Shown in pieces: positions 60,680 to 64,000 of a DNA stretch of 64,000 nucleotides; positions within the stretch are counted from its first letter, which is position 1; every line of letters starts with the position of its first letter. A program made the translations under genes and the position numbers. The notes below the pieces were generated by a model. It worked only from the letters and a program-made list of their open reading frames with translations. It had not been told where the DNA came from and did no database searches. The stretch lies in NCBI GenBank assembly GCA_965235115.1, contig OZ249444.1, forward strand, positions 29,264,001-29,328,000. The letters run 5' to 3'. The stretch comes from Laetmonice hystrix (Eukaryota).

Positions 60680-60815
60680 CTTCATCAAGGAAGTTTTCCT
60701 CCTCATCCTCCAGGCGGAGTTCTTTCTTCTTGTTATCATCCTTGACCTGGTGGATGATTGTAAAACGGTCCGGGACTTCCTCAGTCAGCAGTTCATTCAT
60801 CCGATTACCAATCGC
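60680..60815 (-). CDS. unc80: UNC80 exon (AIGNRMNELL...EEENFLDE), phase 0->1
   Basis: tttttag| and G|gtaact; in frame with neighbours. Confidence 0.9.
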
Positions 60816-61098
60816 CTAAAAACAATCAATGAGCATTGTATGACCTTCCATGAAATTTGGAAGCCCTGACAGCCCTTTTTTGTTTTTGCTTTCACCGTCT
60901 CAGATTTTCTCTCAGACTGACCTCAGATTATCTCTCACAAGTTCCCTTCATCGGTTAAGTCCCTTTAATGATATTTTACAGTTACTTTCTGTCACATACA
61001 TTTCCAATAGATTCAATGTATCACTTACTGATAGGTGGCTTGCTATGATGATACACCTCAAACCCATATAAAGTGTGCCCCGTTAGAATGCTACTGAC

Positions 61099-61311
61099 CT
61101 CGCCCCACATGTGAAAAAGTCGCCCTGCGGCCCGCTGCAGCAGGATGTTACGTCTGTATCCGGAAGGTTGACCGCGACTGTTTAGAAGACCATTGTGACG
61201 AAAACCTGGCAGGTTGAGTTTCATCCAGTTTGGCCAGTCGCCACGGTTACAGCGGTTCACAAAGTTAGCACACTCCAGTAGGAGTGCAGCCCTGGCAACC
61301 ACCGGGGCCTC
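61099..61311 (-). CDS. unc80: UNC80 exon (EAPVVARAALLLECA...LFHMWGE), phase 0->0
   Basis: atcag| and GAG|gtcagt; hallmark UNC80 motif. Confidence 0.95.
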
Positions 61312-61725
61312 CTGATAGCAAGAAAAACCGCCTTCTATGAGAAAAATCTACACATGTATTGCAACTACAAACTGGATGGTCTAATGAGTCACTGCTGCCT
61401 CGAATTTTATACCCAACTTGTACTTGGAGAAGTAAAGATTTGGACCTCAATAGTTCTACTCCTTTGACACACACTCCTTAGCAAATCCTTCCCTCTGGAT
61501 TTGGAAACAACTTTGTTGCTATTACGGTTTTTAGGAGGAATACCTAAATACTGGAAGACACAAAGCAACTTTATTTTGTAGCAAAGTGGAAATTTTGGAG
61601 AAACCTGCCACTGACATCAGCAGCAATGTTACCTAGTGACTGCTCACGAGGTGGCAGCACCATACATTCACCATGTCCAGCTGGGCCAAGAATGCTACAC
61701 GATCCATGTTACCGCTCCTACTCAC

Positions 61726-61913
61726 CAAGTCAAGCAGAGCAGCTAGAAGATGTGGATCAGGGATAGAGCCTGGTTGGCAGCAGTCCAACATGAAATTAAA
61801 CCGCAGCATCCCAGACTTGACAGCATACGAGTTCACCAAGCGTTTCTCACGCACTATAATGACCTCTGTGCCCAGCATGTTCGCAGGATCCAGGGAACCA
61901 CGTCGATTCCCTT
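61726..61913 (-). CDS. unc80: UNC80 exon (EGNRRG...REKRLVNSYAVKSGMLRFNFMLDCCQPGSIPDPHLLAALLDL), phase 1->0
   Basis: catttag| and TTG|gtgagt; conserved UNC80-like peptide. Confidence 0.92.
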
Positions 61914-62135
61914 CTAAATGAAGACACACCTTATATTGTCTCAATTTTGCATTGTTAACTGCAGTATTCATTAAATATATGTAAAGAGAATTTCTCTGGA
62001 TTTTCATCATTTTACACTCATTATTCAACCTCAACAAAATTTCAAAAAGGCAGTCATAATTATGATACTTGCATGCTCGTAATTAAAGTTTTAAACTACT
62101 TGAATATGATTCAACAAAATTTAAACTTTACTTAC

Positions 62136-62552
62136 CGTCATCTGAACTTCCCCGCTTGCTGAGTCTTCTCTTGTTCCAATTACGGAGTCCATCTTCTATC
62201 CGTTTGCGAGCACTCAAGAGACTCATGGTTGCCTGGCTTGCAGCTTTAAAAGACATCCGACCTTTGGGACGAGAACTGTGGCCTTGACTTTGACTTCCTG
62301 ACCCTATGGGCAAACTGCCTGTACTTGCTGACCCATGGGACATCCCGTTCACTTGTCCATCTGGCCTTTCTTGTCTTTCATGTTTTTCATGTTTCTCATG
62401 TTTTTCATGCTTCTCATGTTTCTCGTGTTTTTCATGTTTTTCATGCCTTTCAGACTTTTCATGCTTCTGTGCATCATTTTTTCTCGGCTCTACGATAGGT
62501 GTTTCGCATGAGGAGTCATCATCATGGTCTGATTTTGTGGCTCTCTTCCAAG
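62136..62552 (-). CDS. unc80: UNC80 exon with (HEK)n repeat (AWKRATKSD...SKRGSSDD), phase 1->1
   Basis: ttcttcag| acceptor, G|gtaagt donor, 417 nt open. Confidence 0.82.
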
Positions 62553-62931
62553 CTGAAGAAATTAATATTTCATGTAGCTATAGTTTAAATCGCTCATTAA
62601 TGTATTATAGTTCTATAATTCCATACTGTAAGGACATCCTTCAAAGTAAAGAATCATGCATTTTACCGAAGATTGAAAGGTTGAGTGTCTCGTATATCGG
62701 TAATGGTGTAATAACTGAAGTTGAATCTAGTGAATTTACCTACGACGTCAAAATAATGTCAGGGCCCAGTCTTTCACAAATTCTCAACTTGAGTAAAGCT
62801 TACTCAAAGCTAAAGTAAAATAACAGGTTTATGATTGGCTGGTCTGCTTATTTTACTTAAGTATGCTTTACTCAAGTTGAGAATATTTGAAAAGGTAGGC
62901 CAAGGAGTTTATGTAGAACTGGTTCACTTAC

Positions 62932-63097
62932 CAATATTAAACTTGGAAAATTTTCGTTTTGGCGTACTAGACCCTGAAGGGGGGTCTTCCTCGTTGGCGG
63001 ACATGCTCACTCGGGGACTAAGTTTGTCTGCGTGGAGAGATGAAGCATCCTCCAGGATTTCAGAGTCGCTGGCACCCCCATATAGTGGAAGAACCTG
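62932..63097 (-). CDS. unc80: UNC80 exon (QVLPLYGGASDSE...KFSKFNI), phase 0->1
   Basis: Donor G|gtaagt. In-frame alternative acceptors give starts at 63109, 63097 or 63094 (NAGNAG). Joins next exon as G|CT. Confidence 0.7.
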
Positions 63098-63204
63098 CTG
63101 GGGGAAAGACTGAAACAGCCAGAGTAAATAAACTCTGAATAATTTTAGTTTAACGTTTTCATCCTTGAGTTTTAATCCATGTTGTTTTTCTACACCCGAC
63201 TCCA

Positions 63205-64000
63205 AACTCTTACTCCCAGCTCTCAGACTTCTTAAAGTCACCTATACTCATCCCTCGCCTGGGCCCTAATCCTAACTCCTACTCCCAGCTCTCCTAAAGT
63301 AACCTATACTCATCCCTCGCCTGGGCCCTAATCCTAACTCCTACTCCCAGCTCTCAGACTTCCTAAAGTAACCTATCCTCATCCCTCGCCTGGGCCCTAA
63401 TCCCGACTCCTACTCCCAGCTCTCAGACTTCTTAAAGTAACCTACACTCATCCCTCGCCTGGGCCCTAATCCCAACTCCTACTCCCAGCTCTCAGACTTC
63501 CTAAAGTAACCTATACTCATCCCTCGCCTGGGCCCTAATCCTAACTCCTACTCCCAGCTCTCAGACTTCTTAAAGTAACCTATACTCATCCCTCGCCTGG
63601 GCCCTAATCCCAACTCCTACTCCCAGCTCTCAGACTTCCTAAAGTAACCTATACTCATCCCTCGCCTGGTCCCAAATCCTAACTCCTACTCCCAGCTCTC
63701 AGACTTCCTAAAGTAACCTATCTTCATCCCTCGCCTGGGCCCTAATCCCAACTCCTACTCCCAGCTCTCAGACTTCCTAAGGTAACCTATCCTCATCCCT
63801 CACCTGGGCCCTAATCCTAACTCCTACTCCCAGCTCTCAGACTTCTTAAAGTAACCTATACTCATCCCTCGCCTGGGCCCTAATCCTAACTCCTACTCCC
63901 AGCTCTCAGACTTCCTAAAGTAACCTATCCTCATCCCTCGCTGGGCCCTAATCCCAACTCCTACTCCCAGCTCTCAGACTTCCTAAAGTAACCTATCCTC
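63205..64000. repeat. 69-bp minisatellite, 11 or more copies, truncated by the window end
   Basis: CTCCCAGCTCTCAGACTTCCTAAAGTAACCTATACTCATCCCTCGCCTGGGCCCTAATCCTAACTCCTA units. Confidence 0.95.

Larger units (their letters stand above)
15335..63097 (-). other. unc80: UNC80-family gene (NALCN channel complex subunit), partial: span of 43 phase-consistent coding exons; 5' end outside the window, 3' end probably continues to about 5 kb
   Basis: Exons join in frame via GT-AG introns (6430 nt). Peptides such as EAPVVARAALLLECANFVNRCNRGDWPNWMK, WRFRYQVWPRMEDGA, LKQTLKKEQCD and FYTLHRKPFMLQ match my recollection of UNC80. No database search was run. Confidence 0.93.

Noticed and set aside
62306-62818. 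Cys-rich (SCF)n ORF suggesting a metallothionein-like protein
   Set aside because: It is the antisense frame of the coding HEK repeat.

Overview
Animal (bilaterian-like invertebrate) genomic DNA, not prokaryotic. Almost the whole window is one multi-exon gene on the minus strand encoding an UNC80-family protein, the large scaffold subunit of the NALCN/UNC79/UNC80 sodium-leak channel complex. I recognised it from remembered human/fly UNC80 motifs, so a BLASTP is still needed. By hand I joined 43 GT-AG exons (63097 down to 15335) into one phase-consistent frame of 6430 nt (about 2143 codons). The 5' end lies beyond base 64000. The poorly conserved 3' exons (about 10.9 kb to 4.9 kb) and several cassette/micro-exons are tentative. 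Introns contain about 15 minisatellite arrays, several MITE-like elements and one 150-N gap. The most unusual feature is that at least six arrays are built from units containing a piece of the flanking exon plus its splice site. Donor-type arrays keep intact GT sites, up to about 100 copies, often as CAG|GT ratchet-like sites. In two of the three acceptor-type arrays, nearly all extra copies carry a broken or weakened AG. The long ORFs in the six-frame track are by-products of these repeats.
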